Below, piece after piece: positions 17,136 to 27,428 of a DNA stretch of 31,162 bases. The notes under the pieces are model-generated. The model ran no database searches and was not told where the DNA came from. It saw nothing but the letters and a program-made list of their open reading frames with translations. The DNA is taken from positions 1 to 31,162 of the forward strand of contig JBMSQQ010000037.1 of NCBI GenBank assembly GCA_049423385.1, given 5' to 3'. Origin of the DNA: Silvanigrellaceae bacterium. GTDB taxonomy: Bacteria; Bdellovibrionota_B; Oligoflexia; Silvanigrellales; Silvanigrellaceae. The position numbers and the translations under genes are program-made. Position 1 is the stretch's first letter. Every line of letters starts with the position of its first letter.

Positions 17136-18278
17136 TCAACGGCTCTTGCGGACAAACTCCTTGATGATGACACTGCGCAGAATCTCGCTGGTGCCACCAC
17201 CAATCTCAAGAAGCTTGGCATCGCGCATCAGCCGCTCAACCGGAAATTCACGGATGTATCCGTAACCACCCAGAACCTGGATTGCATCCAGTGCCACCTT
17301 GGTTGCCATCTCGGAAGCAAAGACCTTGGCCGCTGCAGCTTCCTGGTTTGCACGACGACCTTCATCGATCACCTGCGCTGCTTCATAGACCAACGCCCGA
17401 GCCGCACGGTAACCAATGTACATGTTGGCCAGCTTCTCGCTGACAGATTGGAAGTTCACGATGGATTCGCCAAACTGGCTACGCTCTTGTGAATACTTCA
17501 GCGAGTGATCCAAACAAGCTCTCGCGATTCCCAAACTCATGGCGGCAAGACCCACACGTTCGATGTCGAGGTTCTTCATCATGTGTTTCACACATGCGCC
17601 TTCTTCACCCACGCGGTTTTGAACCGGAACCCGACAATTGCGGAAAACAAGTTCTCCCGTTGGGCTCGAGCGCATGCCCATCTTCGAAAGTTTTTTGCTG
17701 ATTGTGAATCCAGGGAATCCGCTTTCGACAATGAACGTGGAAAGGTCCTGGCGATTTTCGCCCGTGCGTGCGTAGACCAAGAAAACATCACCAATGGGGC
17801 CATTGGTGATGAACATTTTTGTTCCGTTCAAAACGTAATGGTCATCTTCACGCACTGCTCGTGTCGACATGCCGACTGCATCAGATCCAGCACCTGGTTC
17901 GGTCATCGCCATGCCGGCAACCAACTCGCCTGTCATGCAACGGGGAAGATAACGCTCGCACTGCTCTTTGGAACCGTTTTGGGCCAGGTTGTGAACAAAA
18001 AGAAGCGAGTGTGCCAAGTAGGAAAGACAGGTTCCTGGTTCTGCATAGCTGAGTTCTTCCATCACCGAAACCATAGCCTTCGCGCCCAGATTCACTCCTC
18101 CGAATTCTTCCGGAATCGTGATCCCAAGAATGCCGAGGTCGCCCAGCTTCCTGAAAATGCCGGGAGCAAGACGCTCTTCTCTGTCGAGTTCATCGGCATG
18201 CGGCGCAAGCTCTTTGCTTGCAAATGCGCGCACAGTTTGAGTGAGTTCTTTCATTTCTTGAGAAAAGTCGTTCTTCAT
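17136..18278 (-). CDS. liuA: Isovaleryl-CoA dehydrogenase (acyl-CoA dehydrogenase family)
   Basis: LSYLAHS, MTEPGAGSD, LNGTKMFITNGP, LDIER, RDAKLLEIGGGTSEI; liu operon context. Start moved to ATG 18278. Confidence 0.85.
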   Translation of the reverse strand: MKNDFSQEMKELTQTVRAFASKELAPHADELDREERLAPGIFRKLGDLGILGITIPEEFGGVNLGAKAMVSVMEELSYAEPGTCLSYLAHSLLFVHNLAQNGSKEQCERYLPRCMTGELVAGMAMTEPGAGSDAVGMSTRAVREDDHYVLNGTKMFITNGPIGDVFLVYARTGENRQDLSTFIVESGFPGFTISKKLSKMGMRSSPTGELVFRNCRVPVQNRVGEEGACVKHMMKNLDIERVGLAAMSLGIARACLDHSLKYSQERSQFGESIVNFQSVSEKLANMYIGYRAARALVYEAAQVIDEGRRANQEAAAAKVFASEMATKVALDAIQVLGGYGYIREFPVERLMRDAKLLEIGGGTSEILRSVIIKEFVRKSR

Positions 18279-18309
18279 ATTCCCTCTCCCGTGTTCACCA
18301 CTGGAATTG

Positions 18310-20400
18310 TTAAGCTGGATCTTTGATTTCTGCCAAAACTTCCGGACCTGCAAGTGTCATGCCTGCCTGAACCCGCAGCGACGAAAGCACTCCCGCACGA
18401 GGTGCCCTTATTTCAAGCTGCATCTTCATGGACTCAAGCACAAACAGCAGATCTCCCTCATTGACTTTATCGCCATCGGCAACACGAACCTCAAGTACTT
18501 TGCCTGCCATCGGAGCCTTGAGCAATGTGTCGCCGCCCCCGTCCTGCGCACCGACCTCGAGCTGAGCCCGAGAATCATCAGGCCATTCCAGAGTTAAAGT
18601 CTCGCCAAACAACGTGATTTGAAGATGTTGGCCACGCGGACGTGACAAAGTACAAACAACTTCGAGGTCATTCCCCTGGCCTGCTTTTGCCCGCTGACAC
18701 GCTGACTGCAAAGAAAATGTGCTTCTTTCCAGAGATTCCCAACTGAGCTCCGCAAGCGTTTCAACCAATCCACGTCCACGGATACGAAAGACGTGAGAAG
18801 CGTCACCCGCTACAACATCGACGCTCGAATATTCGGCCTTTGAACCAACATTCAAACCCGACAAATCACGTGCTCGCGTGACCGGAATCAATGCCGCGAA
18901 TCTTTGCCCGATGTGCTCACCAAGCCCCTCGGTACGGTCGAAATTGTTACGTTGCGCATCTTTCAGCAAGAGGGCCGAAGCCAATGCCCGGCGCACATCC
19001 ATGCGATGGAAAAATGAAATCAACTTTTCGGGAATCAGAGACTCATTGAGTCCCTGAGCGTGTTCGCCAATCCAAGCGGTGGAAACGGCTCCAGAGATAT
19101 AATCGGAATGCTGCGCGACAGCGGTCAGAAATGGCAGGTTGGTTGTGCAACCGTGCACCACCGTCGACTCCAGGCCACGCGCCAACAAGTCGCACGCTGC
19201 AGCACGCGTGGGCGCATGAGCGATGATCTTGGCAATCATGGAATCAAAGCGATCGTTGACCCTTCCACCTTCCACAACCCCCGAATCCACACGCACGCCG
19301 GGCAGAGTTGTTTCCTTGTAAACCACCAAAGGACCCGGTGTCGGCAGAAATCCGGAACGGGGATCCTCTGCCAACAGGCGTGCTTCAATGGCAACACCTT
19401 TGGGAACCGGCAATGTGAAGACGTCGGGTCGCCCCAATTGAACGGGCCATTGTCCCATGGCCAAATCAAATTGCGCTTTGACGAGATCGACGCCGTAAAC
19501 AAGTTCCGTGACAGGATGTTCAACCTGCAGACGTGTGTTCATTTCCAAAAAGAAAAAACCACCATCGCCAGTCAGCAAAAATTCCACCGTGCCGGCGCCG
19601 CGGTATTTTGTTTCGGCAACCAATGCCAGCGATGCTTTGCCCATGCGCTCGCGCAAGGCTGCATCCACCACGGGACTGGGCGCTTCTTCGAGAACCTTCT
19701 GATGGCGGCGCTGCAGGGAACACTCACGTTCGCCCAGAAACACGCCGCCCCCGGTGCCATCGCCAAAAACCTGAATTTCCACGTGACGGGGAGCTACAAG
19801 GTAACGCTCCACAAACACCGTCGGATCATTGAAGCTGGCCTGCGCTTCTTGCGCGGCGCGCCTGACGGCCTCGGGAAGGTCTTTGAAGTTGTCGACGATG
19901 CGCATGCCGCGTCCACCACCACCGCCGCTGGCCTTCACAAGGTAGGGAGCAACGATGCCACGTTTTTGCAACGCCTCTGGCCATTTGTTCTCGGGTATTG
20001 ATTTGAGTTCGTCACTCAACAAAGCTTCAAGTGTTGGAACTCCGCATTTTCTTGCGAACGCTTTGGCCGATTCCTTGCCACCCATGGCCTGCATGTTTTG
20101 TGCTGTGGGCCCCACGAAGGCGATACCAGCATTTTCAACCAACCGAGCAAAATCGGCGTTCTCGGAAAGAAAGCCATAGCCCGGGTGAATCAACTCTCCA
20201 CGCCAATGCTTTGCGGCATCGACAATCGCCTGTGCATTCAAAAAGCTGTCGACTTCCAAAACCGCATCTGCTTCAAACCGAACAGGTGCATCGCTATCCT
20301 CTGGAGTCGAAATGACTGCGACCTTCCAGCCATAATCGCGTCCGGCGCGCAGAATCCTGCGGGCAATTTCTCCACGGTTTGCAATGACAAGTCGCTTCAT
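18310..20400 (-). CDS. liuD: Acyl-CoA (probably 3-methylcrotonyl-CoA) carboxylase alpha subunit: biotin carboxylase plus biotinyl domain
   Basis: IANRGEIA, HPGYGFLSENA, GGGGRGMR, ECSLQRRHQK, EMNTRLQVEHPVTE, biotin site ESMKM. Confidence 0.88.
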   Translation of the reverse strand: MKRLVIANRGEIARRILRAGRDYGWKVAVISTPEDSDAPVRFEADAVLEVDSFLNAQAIVDAAKHWRGELIHPGYGFLSENADFARLVENAGIAFVGPTAQNMQAMGGKESAKAFARKCGVPTLEALLSDELKSIPENKWPEALQKRGIVAPYLVKASGGGGGRGMRIVDNFKDLPEAVRRAAQEAQASFNDPTVFVERYLVAPRHVEIQVFGDGTGGGVFLGERECSLQRRHQKVLEEAPSPVVDAALRERMGKASLALVAETKYRGAGTVEFLLTGDGGFFFLEMNTRLQVEHPVTELVYGVDLVKAQFDLAMGQWPVQLGRPDVFTLPVPKGVAIEARLLAEDPRSGFLPTPGPLVVYKETTLPGVRVDSGVVEGGRVNDRFDSMIAKIIAHAPTRAAACDLLARGLESTVVHGCTTNLPFLTAVAQHSDYISGAVSTAWIGEHAQGLNESLIPEKLISFFHRMDVRRALASALLLKDAQRNNFDRTEGLGEHIGQRFAALIPVTRARDLSGLNVGSKAEYSSVDVVAGDASHVFRIRGRGLVETLAELSWESLERSTFSLQSACQRAKAGQGNDLEVVCTLSRPRGQHLQITLFGETLTLEWPDDSRAQLEVGAQDGGGDTLLKAPMAGKVLEVRVADGDKVNEGDLLFVLESMKMQLEIRAPRAGVLSSLRVQAGMTLAGPEVLAEIKDPA

Positions 20401-21269
20401 TTTAGTTCTCCAAACGTGTCAGCAGGGAGATCGGCAGACCATGCAGCTGATTGCTTGTCAAAGAAACTCGCCAGTCCATGTTGCCCTTCTGCCGAACAAC
20501 GCGCCAAGGCGATAGACACGGCTGTGAATTCAAAAAGACCCGTGTCTGGCAACGGATGTATCTTGCGCAGCAGCTCTTTGGTGCGGCGTGCTGCATTGGG
20601 GCCTGCTTTCAGATGCTGGTTCACCACTTCGCACGCTTTGAGTGACAAAGCATTGCTGTCGGCTGAATCGACAACATGATTGACAAGCCCCAACTGCAGG
20701 GCCTGTGTCGAATCCAGACGTTCGCCCGAGAGCATAAACGGTGCTGCCTTTCCGGCCCCCAGCTTGCGAACGATGTACGGGCTGATCACACCTGGTACGA
20801 TTCCCAAGCGCACTTCGCTGGTGGCAAAAACTGTTTTTGAATCTGCAATCACCACGTCAGAACAACAAACCAAACCAAAACCACCGCCAATGGCACTGCC
20901 ACGCACAACTGAAACGACGGTCGTGGGGAAGCTGGCCAAGCGGAAGAAAAGCGTTCCGAGAACTCGCGCATCGCGCAAACTTTGTGGTTCGCCGGCCTTG
21001 GACTGTTCGCGCATGTAATTGAGATCGGCGCCTGCGCAGAAATGTCCACCTGTGCCTTCAAGCACAAGAATCCGCATCTGGTTTTCATCTTTTGTCGCCG
21101 CAAGCTCGGCAATAACATCGGTGAGCTCGGTGATCATTTCGGCATTGAAAGCGTTGCGTACGGCAGGACGGTTGAGAATCACCCGAACCACACCCTGCCC
21201 TGCCCGCCGCACCAGGACGGTTTGACCATCATAGTCCTTGCTCAAATCGGGAACATCTTTGCGACTCAT
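20397..21269 (-). CDS. liuC: Enoyl-CoA hydratase family protein, probable methylglutaconyl-CoA hydratase
   Basis: LNRPAVRNAFN, FCAGADL, GGGFGL, SEVRLGIVP.VISPY; 4-bp ATGA overlaps with both neighbours. Confidence 0.85.
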   Translation of the reverse strand: MSRKDVPDLSKDYDGQTVLVRRAGQGVVRVILNRPAVRNAFNAEMITELTDVIAELAATKDENQMRILVLEGTGGHFCAGADLNYMREQSKAGEPQSLRDARVLGTLFFRLASFPTTVVSVVRGSAIGGGFGLVCCSDVVIADSKTVFATSEVRLGIVPGVISPYIVRKLGAGKAAPFMLSGERLDSTQALQLGLVNHVVDSADSNALSLKACEVVNQHLKAGPNAARRTKELLRKIHPLPDTGLFEFTAVSIALARCSAEGQHGLASFFDKQSAAWSADLPADTFGELK

Positions 21270-23179
21270 CGGGCAGCACCTTCCATCGCAACAGCAGAAA
21301 GCAGTTCGCTTTCAGGAGCACTGTGCTCGGCATCTATGGTCGACAACAAGCCGACGGGAATATTCATTTCGCAGCGCAACATTGCCTGGCTCAAGGTTTT
21401 ACCTTGAGCATCGATGCACAGGCTCATGGTGCCACCACCATCCAGTGTTTCTTCGAGAAGAAAATTCAGCGACCATAAATTTGGAACAACATGACGGGTG
21501 ACGGCGCCTTTGCACAAACTTGCAAACCATTTCTTGACGTCTGCGGCCTCAATGTTGTCGCGAAGCCATGCGTAGCATTCAGGTGATCGCGCAATCAGAC
21601 CAATGTTTGCGGTGTCGCCTTTGTCGCCACTGCGTGCATGAGCAATCGCCCAAAGCGGCAACTTGCGGGTGATGCTGCCACGCTGCGCGTTCCATGAATG
21701 CGGATCGGCAGCAGGAATGGAAACGTCAGACGTTCCGCCCGTTCGAGGCCAATGCAATTCCGGAGACTGATGAATGGTACTGATGCCGGCCGTCGACGCG
21801 AGTGATTCACCCACCCAAACCTTAGCCAACGCAACTTCTTGTGGAACAAGTGCAGGCCAGTAGCTGACCACATCACTGATGGCAGGTGCACCACCCGTCA
21901 CCGCAACACCAGAAGGACCACTCAAAATCAGACTCGGAAGAATCTTCCGGAAAATCTGCAGAGCCTGTTTATCTTGTGCGAGCGCGCCAAAGCGCACGAG
22001 AACTTCCTTGGCTGGAATGCGCGGCGACAAGCCACGGTGGGTTGAATCGTCGCCAATGAATTCACTCATCGTTTTACGACAGGCAGAAATGCCTGCCTTG
22101 GCCAATTCACTCGACAGTTTTTGCCACATGATTTTTGAAAAAACTTCGGCTTTGGCACGCGCATCTGGCCCCGAAACAATAAGTGTTCCACTTGCCTTGA
22201 ATCCGTCGGCATAAGCAATGCTGACCTTCAAAAGATCGGTGGGAGGCCGGCCTTTGACCTGCGAAACACGAACTCGATCTGTGCCATCGGATGCAAGTTG
22301 GATTGTTGAAAAATCGGCAATCACGTCGGGTGTGATGTAGCTCTGTGGATGGCCCATTTCATAAAGCAATTGTTCGCGCACCGTCTGAACGGAAACGAGT
22401 CCGCCAGAGCCCGGGTGTTTGGTGACCACAAAAGAACCATCGGCGCTGCATTCGAGAATTGGAAAACCGATGTCCTCAAAACTTTTCACCTTGCGCCAGT
22501 CGGTGAAGTTGCCACCGGTCGCCTGTGCGCCACACTCGATGATGTGCCCGGCAACAATGCCATGCGCGAGTTTGTCGTAGTCGGCAGCCGACCAGCCGAA
22601 CTCGTGAATCATGGCAGCGAGGGTGATGCCTGTGTCGGTAACCCGCCCGCAGACCACGATATCGGGGTTCTGTTTGAGGGCTTCCACAACCGGCATGGCG
22701 CCGAAGTAGACGTTTGCGCTCAGAACTTTGTCGACCACGCCATCAAACGATTCACCAGTCTCCATGTTCTTCATCGCGCAACCGGGTTGTTTGATGATCT
22801 CGGGAAGTCGGGCAGCAATATCGTCGCCCTCAACCAACGCAACACGCAGATCAAGCCCATTCTTGCGGGCCAACTCGAACAAGGCATCGGCGCACGCTCG
22901 CGGATTCACACCTCCAGCATTGGTGATGATACGGATTCCGCGCTCTTTGCAGGTCTTGAGCAGCGGTGCGAGTTGCGAAATAAAATCGCCAGCGTAACCA
23001 AGATTGGCATCTTTTTGCTTTTGTTTTTGCAGAATGCTCATGGTGATTTCTGCAAGAAAGTCGATCGACACGTAATCCAGTTTGAGTGGACCACACACCT
23101 GCCTGCGCAGGGCGTATGGGTCATCGCCCCAGTATCCACCCGCGTTGGCAATCCGAATCATTTTTCCGTTGGTCGTCAT
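21266..23179 (-). CDS. atuA: AtuA (acyclic terpene utilisation, DUF1446) family protein
   Basis: IRIAN..GYWGD, DFLAEITM, NAGGVNP, AGHIIECGAQATGGN, EQLLYE, AHARSGDKGD, DAQGK. Confidence 0.92.
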   Translation of the reverse strand: MTTNGKMIRIANAGGYWGDDPYALRRQVCGPLKLDYVSIDFLAEITMSILQKQKQKDANLGYAGDFISQLAPLLKTCKERGIRIITNAGGVNPRACADALFELARKNGLDLRVALVEGDDIAARLPEIIKQPGCAMKNMETGESFDGVVDKVLSANVYFGAMPVVEALKQNPDIVVCGRVTDTGITLAAMIHEFGWSAADYDKLAHGIVAGHIIECGAQATGGNFTDWRKVKSFEDIGFPILECSADGSFVVTKHPGSGGLVSVQTVREQLLYEMGHPQSYITPDVIADFSTIQLASDGTDRVRVSQVKGRPPTDLLKVSIAYADGFKASGTLIVSGPDARAKAEVFSKIMWQKLSSELAKAGISACRKTMSEFIGDDSTHRGLSPRIPAKEVLVRFGALAQDKQALQIFRKILPSLILSGPSGVAVTGGAPAISDVVSYWPALVPQEVALAKVWVGESLASTAGISTIHQSPELHWPRTGGTSDVSIPAADPHSWNAQRGSITRKLPLWAIAHARSGDKGDTANIGLIARSPECYAWLRDNIEAADVKKWFASLCKGAVTRHVVPNLWSLNFLLEETLDGGGTMSLCIDAQGKTLSQAMLRCEMNIPVGLLSTIDAEHSAPESELLSAVAMEGAAR

Positions 23180-23194
23180 GGTTCAAAATTCCTT

Positions 23195-24802
23195 TCACAT
23201 CCGGAACACGCCAACCTGGGTTGGCTCGATGGGGGCGTGCAGTGTGGCGGCCAAACTGGCAGCAAGTACATTGCGTGTGTTTCTCATGTCGATGATTCCA
23301 TCGTCCCACAAGCGCGCAGACGCATAATAAGGATGTCCTTCACGTTCATACTTGGCACGAATCGGATTGGCGATTTCCTCTGCCTGTTCCGCGCTGAGGT
23401 TTTTTCCGTCACGAGCGAGCTGATCGCGTTTGACGGTCACCATGACCTGGGCTGCCTGTTCGCCACCCATCACACTGATGCGCGAGCTGGGCCACGTCCA
23501 AAGAAAACGTGGGCTATAGGCGCGTCCGCACATGCCGTAGTTGCCTGCGCCAAAGCTTCCGCCCATCAGCAATGAAATTTTGGGGACTTTTGCTGTTGCC
23601 ACGGCGTGGACCATCTTTGCGCCGTCTTTGGCAATACCGCCACGTTCATAATTTGCGCCGACCATAAATCCAGTGATGTTTTGCAGGAACAAAAGTGGCA
23701 CCGATTCCTTGCTGCAAAGCTCAATAAAATGAGCCGCCTTGAGTGCACTTTCCGCAAACAGCACGCCATTGTTGGCAATGATACCGCAGGGCATTCCTTC
23801 GATGTGGGCAAATCCGGTGATCAAGGTCGTGGCATAACGCTGTTTGAATTCAAACAGTCGGCTTCCATCAACAACGCGCGCGATCACTTCCCGGATATCG
23901 ACCTGACGTCGCAGGTCGCGCGGCCAGAGCCCGAGAATTTCATCCGCATCATAACGCGGAGGCTCAGGAGTCTGCAGCTTCACATTCGCAGCAGCTCTGC
24001 TGCCCAGGTTCGCAACGACATCGCGCAAAATCGCGATCGCATGTTCATCATTGTGGGCAAAGTGATCTGCCACTCCACTCATTTCTGTATGGACCCGGGC
24101 TCCGCCCAAATCTTCTGCAGAGACATCTTCGCCAGTTGCGGCTTTCACAAGCGGAGGTCCGCCCAAGAAAATTGTGCCCGTACCATTGACGATAATCGTC
24201 TGGTCTGACATCGCCGGAACGTACGCTCCACCAGCCGTGCACGAGCCCATGACGCAGGCAATCTGCGGAATACCCAAAGCACTCATGTTGGCTTGGTTGA
24301 AAAAAATGCGGCCAAAATGTTCCTTGTCAGGAAACACTTCAGACTGCATGGGCAAGAAGGCACCGCCGCTGTCGACCAAATAAAGACACGGCAGCCTGTT
24401 CTCGAGTGCCACTTCTTGCGCGCGCAGATGCTTTTTGACCGTGAGGGGATAATACGTTCCCCCCTTCACAGTCGCATCGTTGGCCACAATCATGCATGTG
24501 ACGCCGCTGACCCGGCCGATTCCTGCCACAACTCCGGCTGCCGGAACTGAATCCTCATAAACTCCATCTGCGGCGTAGGGTGCAATCTCCAAAAAAGGAG
24601 TTCCCGGATCCAGCAGGAGTGCGATGCGATCGCGAACAAAAATCTTGTTCTGTTCGGCATGTCTTGAACGGGCCTTCTCTCCACCACCGGAACGAATCCG
24701 CAAAAGTTTTTCGTTCAATTCATCGTTCAGCTGGGTGTGGAATTTGAAATTGGCTTTGTACTCATCGGATCGCGTGTCGGCATGACTGCGGATGAGGGTC
24801 AC
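23195..24802 (-). CDS. liuB: 3-methylcrotonyl-CoA carboxylase beta (carboxyltransferase) subunit
   Basis: [65 protein letters not shown]. Confidence 0.93.
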   Translation of the reverse strand: MTLIRSHADTRSDEYKANFKFHTQLNDELNEKLLRIRSGGGEKARSRHAEQNKIFVRDRIALLLDPGTPFLEIAPYAADGVYEDSVPAAGVVAGIGRVSGVTCMIVANDATVKGGTYYPLTVKKHLRAQEVALENRLPCLYLVDSGGAFLPMQSEVFPDKEHFGRIFFNQANMSALGIPQIACVMGSCTAGGAYVPAMSDQTIIVNGTGTIFLGGPPLVKAATGEDVSAEDLGGARVHTEMSGVADHFAHNDEHAIAILRDVVANLGSRAAANVKLQTPEPPRYDADEILGLWPRDLRRQVDIREVIARVVDGSRLFEFKQRYATTLITGFAHIEGMPCGIIANNGVLFAESALKAAHFIELCSKESVPLLFLQNITGFMVGANYERGGIAKDGAKMVHAVATAKVPKISLLMGGSFGAGNYGMCGRAYSPRFLWTWPSSRISVMGGEQAAQVMVTVKRDQLARDGKNLSAEQAEEIANPIRAKYEREGHPYYASARLWDDGIIDMRNTRNVLAASLAATLHAPIEPTQVGVFRM

Positions 24803-25098
24803 TGCAACGTCTCCTTGTCTTTGGCCTGACGGCGAAGGGCCGAAATCTTTGGCTCAAAAGAGATTCTTTCGAAGAGAGGAGTCTTAGCTGTTTCGGTACA
24901 TTTAGACAAACATGCTGGCTCTGATCCGTCCCGAAGGCGCTGTTTTGAGCCAGGATTGGACAAATGAAGAGCAAAACCTCGACTTCACTAGCCGCAAATT
25001 TTGTAAAAAAACACCAAACCCCCAAAATCATGCCACTTTTCGACAGATCCTTAATAAACGGGGGTTTCATTCCGATAAGCGCAATATTGAGGTGCCAT

Positions 25099-25794
25099 AT
25101 GAAGCCAAATCATTTTTCCTGTTGGATCGCTCTTAGTGTGCTTTTTGCCGCATGCGCACCTGATTTGCCGCAACAGGCGGGTGCCGTTGGCGGATGCGCC
25201 GGAAGCGCGAAGAATTCGCCTGTGTGCTTACCCCAACGCGATGACAACGCCAATAATGGAAATGCGAACGCGAGCAATGGGAATGGTGTGAACCCGCCGA
25301 CTGGGCAGTCATCTGTGCCATCAAGCCCGGTAGCGAGCCTTCCCTCGAGCCCTTCGACCTCAAATCCATCGGTTCCGACGACAGCCACGGATCCATTCGG
25401 ACCGCTGATTGGAAAAATCGGAGAAACGATTATCGGCGCCATTACAAACGGAGGCACCGCATCGAGCCCGACGAGCCCATCGAGCCCATCGAGCCCATCG
25501 AGCCCCTCAAACACGACATCAGTAGGCAGCATGCCGTCAACCTCTACATCCGTGACTCTCACCACCACGGCCGGAGTTTATTTCAAGAAGAGTTACAACA
25601 CTTCAACATCATCGCCGAGCGCCGACTTTTGCCTTGTCAGCTATGGAACCGGAATCAAGGCAAGTTGTGTTTCCGCATACACGGACACGGTTTACTACGT
25701 TACCGGAGCCAATGCCTGCGCGGGGTTTTCTGCCGGATACATATTCAAGTCATCGGTAAACGTGAGTGGAACAGTTTCCTCGCAATGCCGATAA
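25099..25794 (+). CDS. Ser/Thr/Pro-rich lipoprotein with a Cys-containing C-terminal domain (paralog 1)
   Basis: Start moved to ATG 25099 (GAGGTG upstream); lipobox FAAC; shares motifs with the next gene. Confidence 0.8.
   Translation: MKPNHFSCWIALSVLFAACAPDLPQQAGAVGGCAGSAKNSPVCLPQRDDNANNGNANASNGNGVNPPTGQSSVPSSPVASLPSSPSTSNPSVPTTATDPFGPLIGKIGETIIGAITNGGTASSPTSPSSPSSPSSPSNTTSVGSMPSTSTSVTLTTTAGVYFKKSYNTSTSSPSADFCLVSYGTGIKASCVSAYTDTVYYVTGANACAGFSAGYIFKSSVNVSGTVSSQCR
25460..25504 (+). repeat. 9-bp tandem repeat, five copies (catcgagcc), encoding SSP/TSP
   Basis: catcgagcc cgacgagcc catcgagcc catcgagcc catcgagcc. Confidence 0.9.
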
Positions 25795-25826
25795 ATCCTG
25801 TGCAAAAATTGGAACGGGAGAGTTCT

Positions 25827-26612
25827 ATGAGAAATTCAGTATTGTCGCTTTCAAGCATGATGCTGTTTGCAGCCGTTGCGGGTTGCTCTGTGGAACCTCA
25901 GGTTCAGCGAAGTGCATTGATTTCCGGCTGCGTTGGCAGGTCATCCGTTTCATCGAACTGCCAACAAGGCTCCACTGTGCAATCCGGTGCAACAAACAGC
26001 GGAACGAACAGCCAATATCCCTCGGGCGGCGGCAATGGAACCACAACAACTTCGACAGACTCAAAGACTCAAAAATACCCTGGTTCGGGACAAAACACGA
26101 CAGTTGCCAGTCCGAGCCAGACCGGCTCCAATCCGTTGGACTCGGTTATCGGGAAAATTGGCGACGTACTGATTGAGGGAATCAAAAACAGTACCAGCGG
26201 GTCACCTTCTGGATCACCCACTTCATCAAACACCGGTCAGACCGGTTCGGTGTCAGGCGGGACCGTGCTTCCAGGCTCCTCGACTTCTCCAACGAGCAGT
26301 CCGAGCTCTCCTGTAGCGACTCAACCAAACCCCGCGCCGCAGACAACCTCATCTGTCATTGTCATCACGCCCAACCAAGGTTCTTACCTCAAGAAGAATT
26401 CAAACGTCAGCGTCACCGGCAACACATCCCTGACAAATGGAGTCGATTATTGTTCGACTCCCATTATCGGTTTCAATGTGCGGTGCATCAAAATCCACAG
26501 TTCGACTGAATACTACGTAACAGGCGCATCGATTTGTTCAGGGCTCAGTTCGGGATATCTTTACAGGCCGCATTTCACGGTTGGTGGAACCGTTTCGTCG
26601 AGCTGCCCGTGA
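25827..26612 (+). CDS. Ser/Thr/Pro-rich lipoprotein with a Cys-containing C-terminal domain (paralog 2)
   Basis: Start moved to ATG 25827 (GGGAG upstream); lipobox VAGC; IGKIG, YYVTGA..C.G.S.GY and GTVSS.C are shared with paralog 1. Confidence 0.8.
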   Translation: MRNSVLSLSSMMLFAAVAGCSVEPQVQRSALISGCVGRSSVSSNCQQGSTVQSGATNSGTNSQYPSGGGNGTTTTSTDSKTQKYPGSGQNTTVASPSQTGSNPLDSVIGKIGDVLIEGIKNSTSGSPSGSPTSSNTGQTGSVSGGTVLPGSSTSPTSSPSSPVATQPNPAPQTTSSVIVITPNQGSYLKKNSNVSVTGNTSLTNGVDYCSTPIIGFNVRCIKIHSSTEYYVTGASICSGLSSGYLYRPHFTVGGTVSSSCP

Positions 26613-26645
26613 AATGGTCGGCGGATGATTGTAAGCGCTTCTGGG

Positions 26646-26672
26646 CACCATTCACGCGAAATTTCGCTGGTG
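26646..26672. terminator. Hairpin between convergent genes
   Basis: cacca...gcgaaatttcgc tggtg: a 12-bp palindrome flanked by a 5-bp stem. Confidence 0.4.
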
Positions 26673-26684
26673 GTTTGAACAATT

Positions 26685-27398
26685 TTACCGGCGAATCAAC
26701 TCCTTCATTTCGCGCACTGCCCGCTCGAGTCCCACCAAAACTGCACGTGCCACAATGCTGTGACCAATATTGAGGTCCTGCATGAATGGAATTTTCGCGA
26801 TCGGCACCACATTGCGAAAATTCAATCCGTGACCGGCATGGGGAGCCAGGCCTCTGCGATGGGCCAATTCAGTCGCTTCGCTGATGCGCACAAGTTCTCG
26901 CGCCTGTTCGCTTCCCACAACTTCGCTATATTTGCCGGTGTGAAACTCGACCATCTGTGCGCCCGTTTTGAGCGTTGCTTCAATCGCCTGTGAATCTGGC
27001 TCAATAAAAAGACTGCAAGGAATACCAGCTTCCTGAAGCGTCCTGACAGTGTCAGTGAGTGCTTTCATGTTGCCAACAACGTCGAGACCGCCTTCTGTCG
27101 TGCGCTCTTCTCTTTTTTCGGGAACCAATGTGACCATTTCCGGCTTCACTTCAAGCGCAATACGAAGCATTTCGGCTGTGCAGGCCATTTCCAGATTCAG
27201 TGGAACCTGCAGAACGCTGCGCAACAAGCGCACATCCCTATCAACAATGTGTCTACGATCTTCACGCAAATGAACGGTGATTTGATCGGCCCCGCCCAAT
27301 TGAGCAAGAACAGCAGCCTCGACAGGATCGGGGTACTGCGTACCGCGTGCCTGGCGGATTGTTGCAACGTGATCAATATTCACACCCAGATTGGCCAT
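26685..27398 (-). CDS. pdxJ: Pyridoxine 5'-phosphate synthase
   Basis: [57 protein letters not shown]. Confidence 0.97.
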   Translation of the reverse strand: MANLGVNIDHVATIRQARGTQYPDPVEAAVLAQLGGADQITVHLREDRRHIVDRDVRLLRSVLQVPLNLEMACTAEMLRIALEVKPEMVTLVPEKREERTTEGGLDVVGNMKALTDTVRTLQEAGIPCSLFIEPDSQAIEATLKTGAQMVEFHTGKYSEVVGSEQARELVRISEATELAHRRGLAPHAGHGLNFRNVVPIAKIPFMQDLNIGHSIVARAVLVGLERAVREMKELIRR

Positions 27399-27428
27399 TT
27401 TCGTTTTTCCTTTTCCCGGCTCATGATT

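Noticed and set aside
22349..23575. 408-aa plus-strand ORF and similar long antisense ORFs (e.g. 9950..10723, 17505..18326, 19060..20001)
   Set aside because: They are shadows of well-conserved minus-strand genes and have no recognisable motifs.
25083..25100. TGGCAC...TTGC on the minus strand as a sigma54 promoter for the liu operon
   Set aside because: Spacing is two bases too long for GG-N10-GC.
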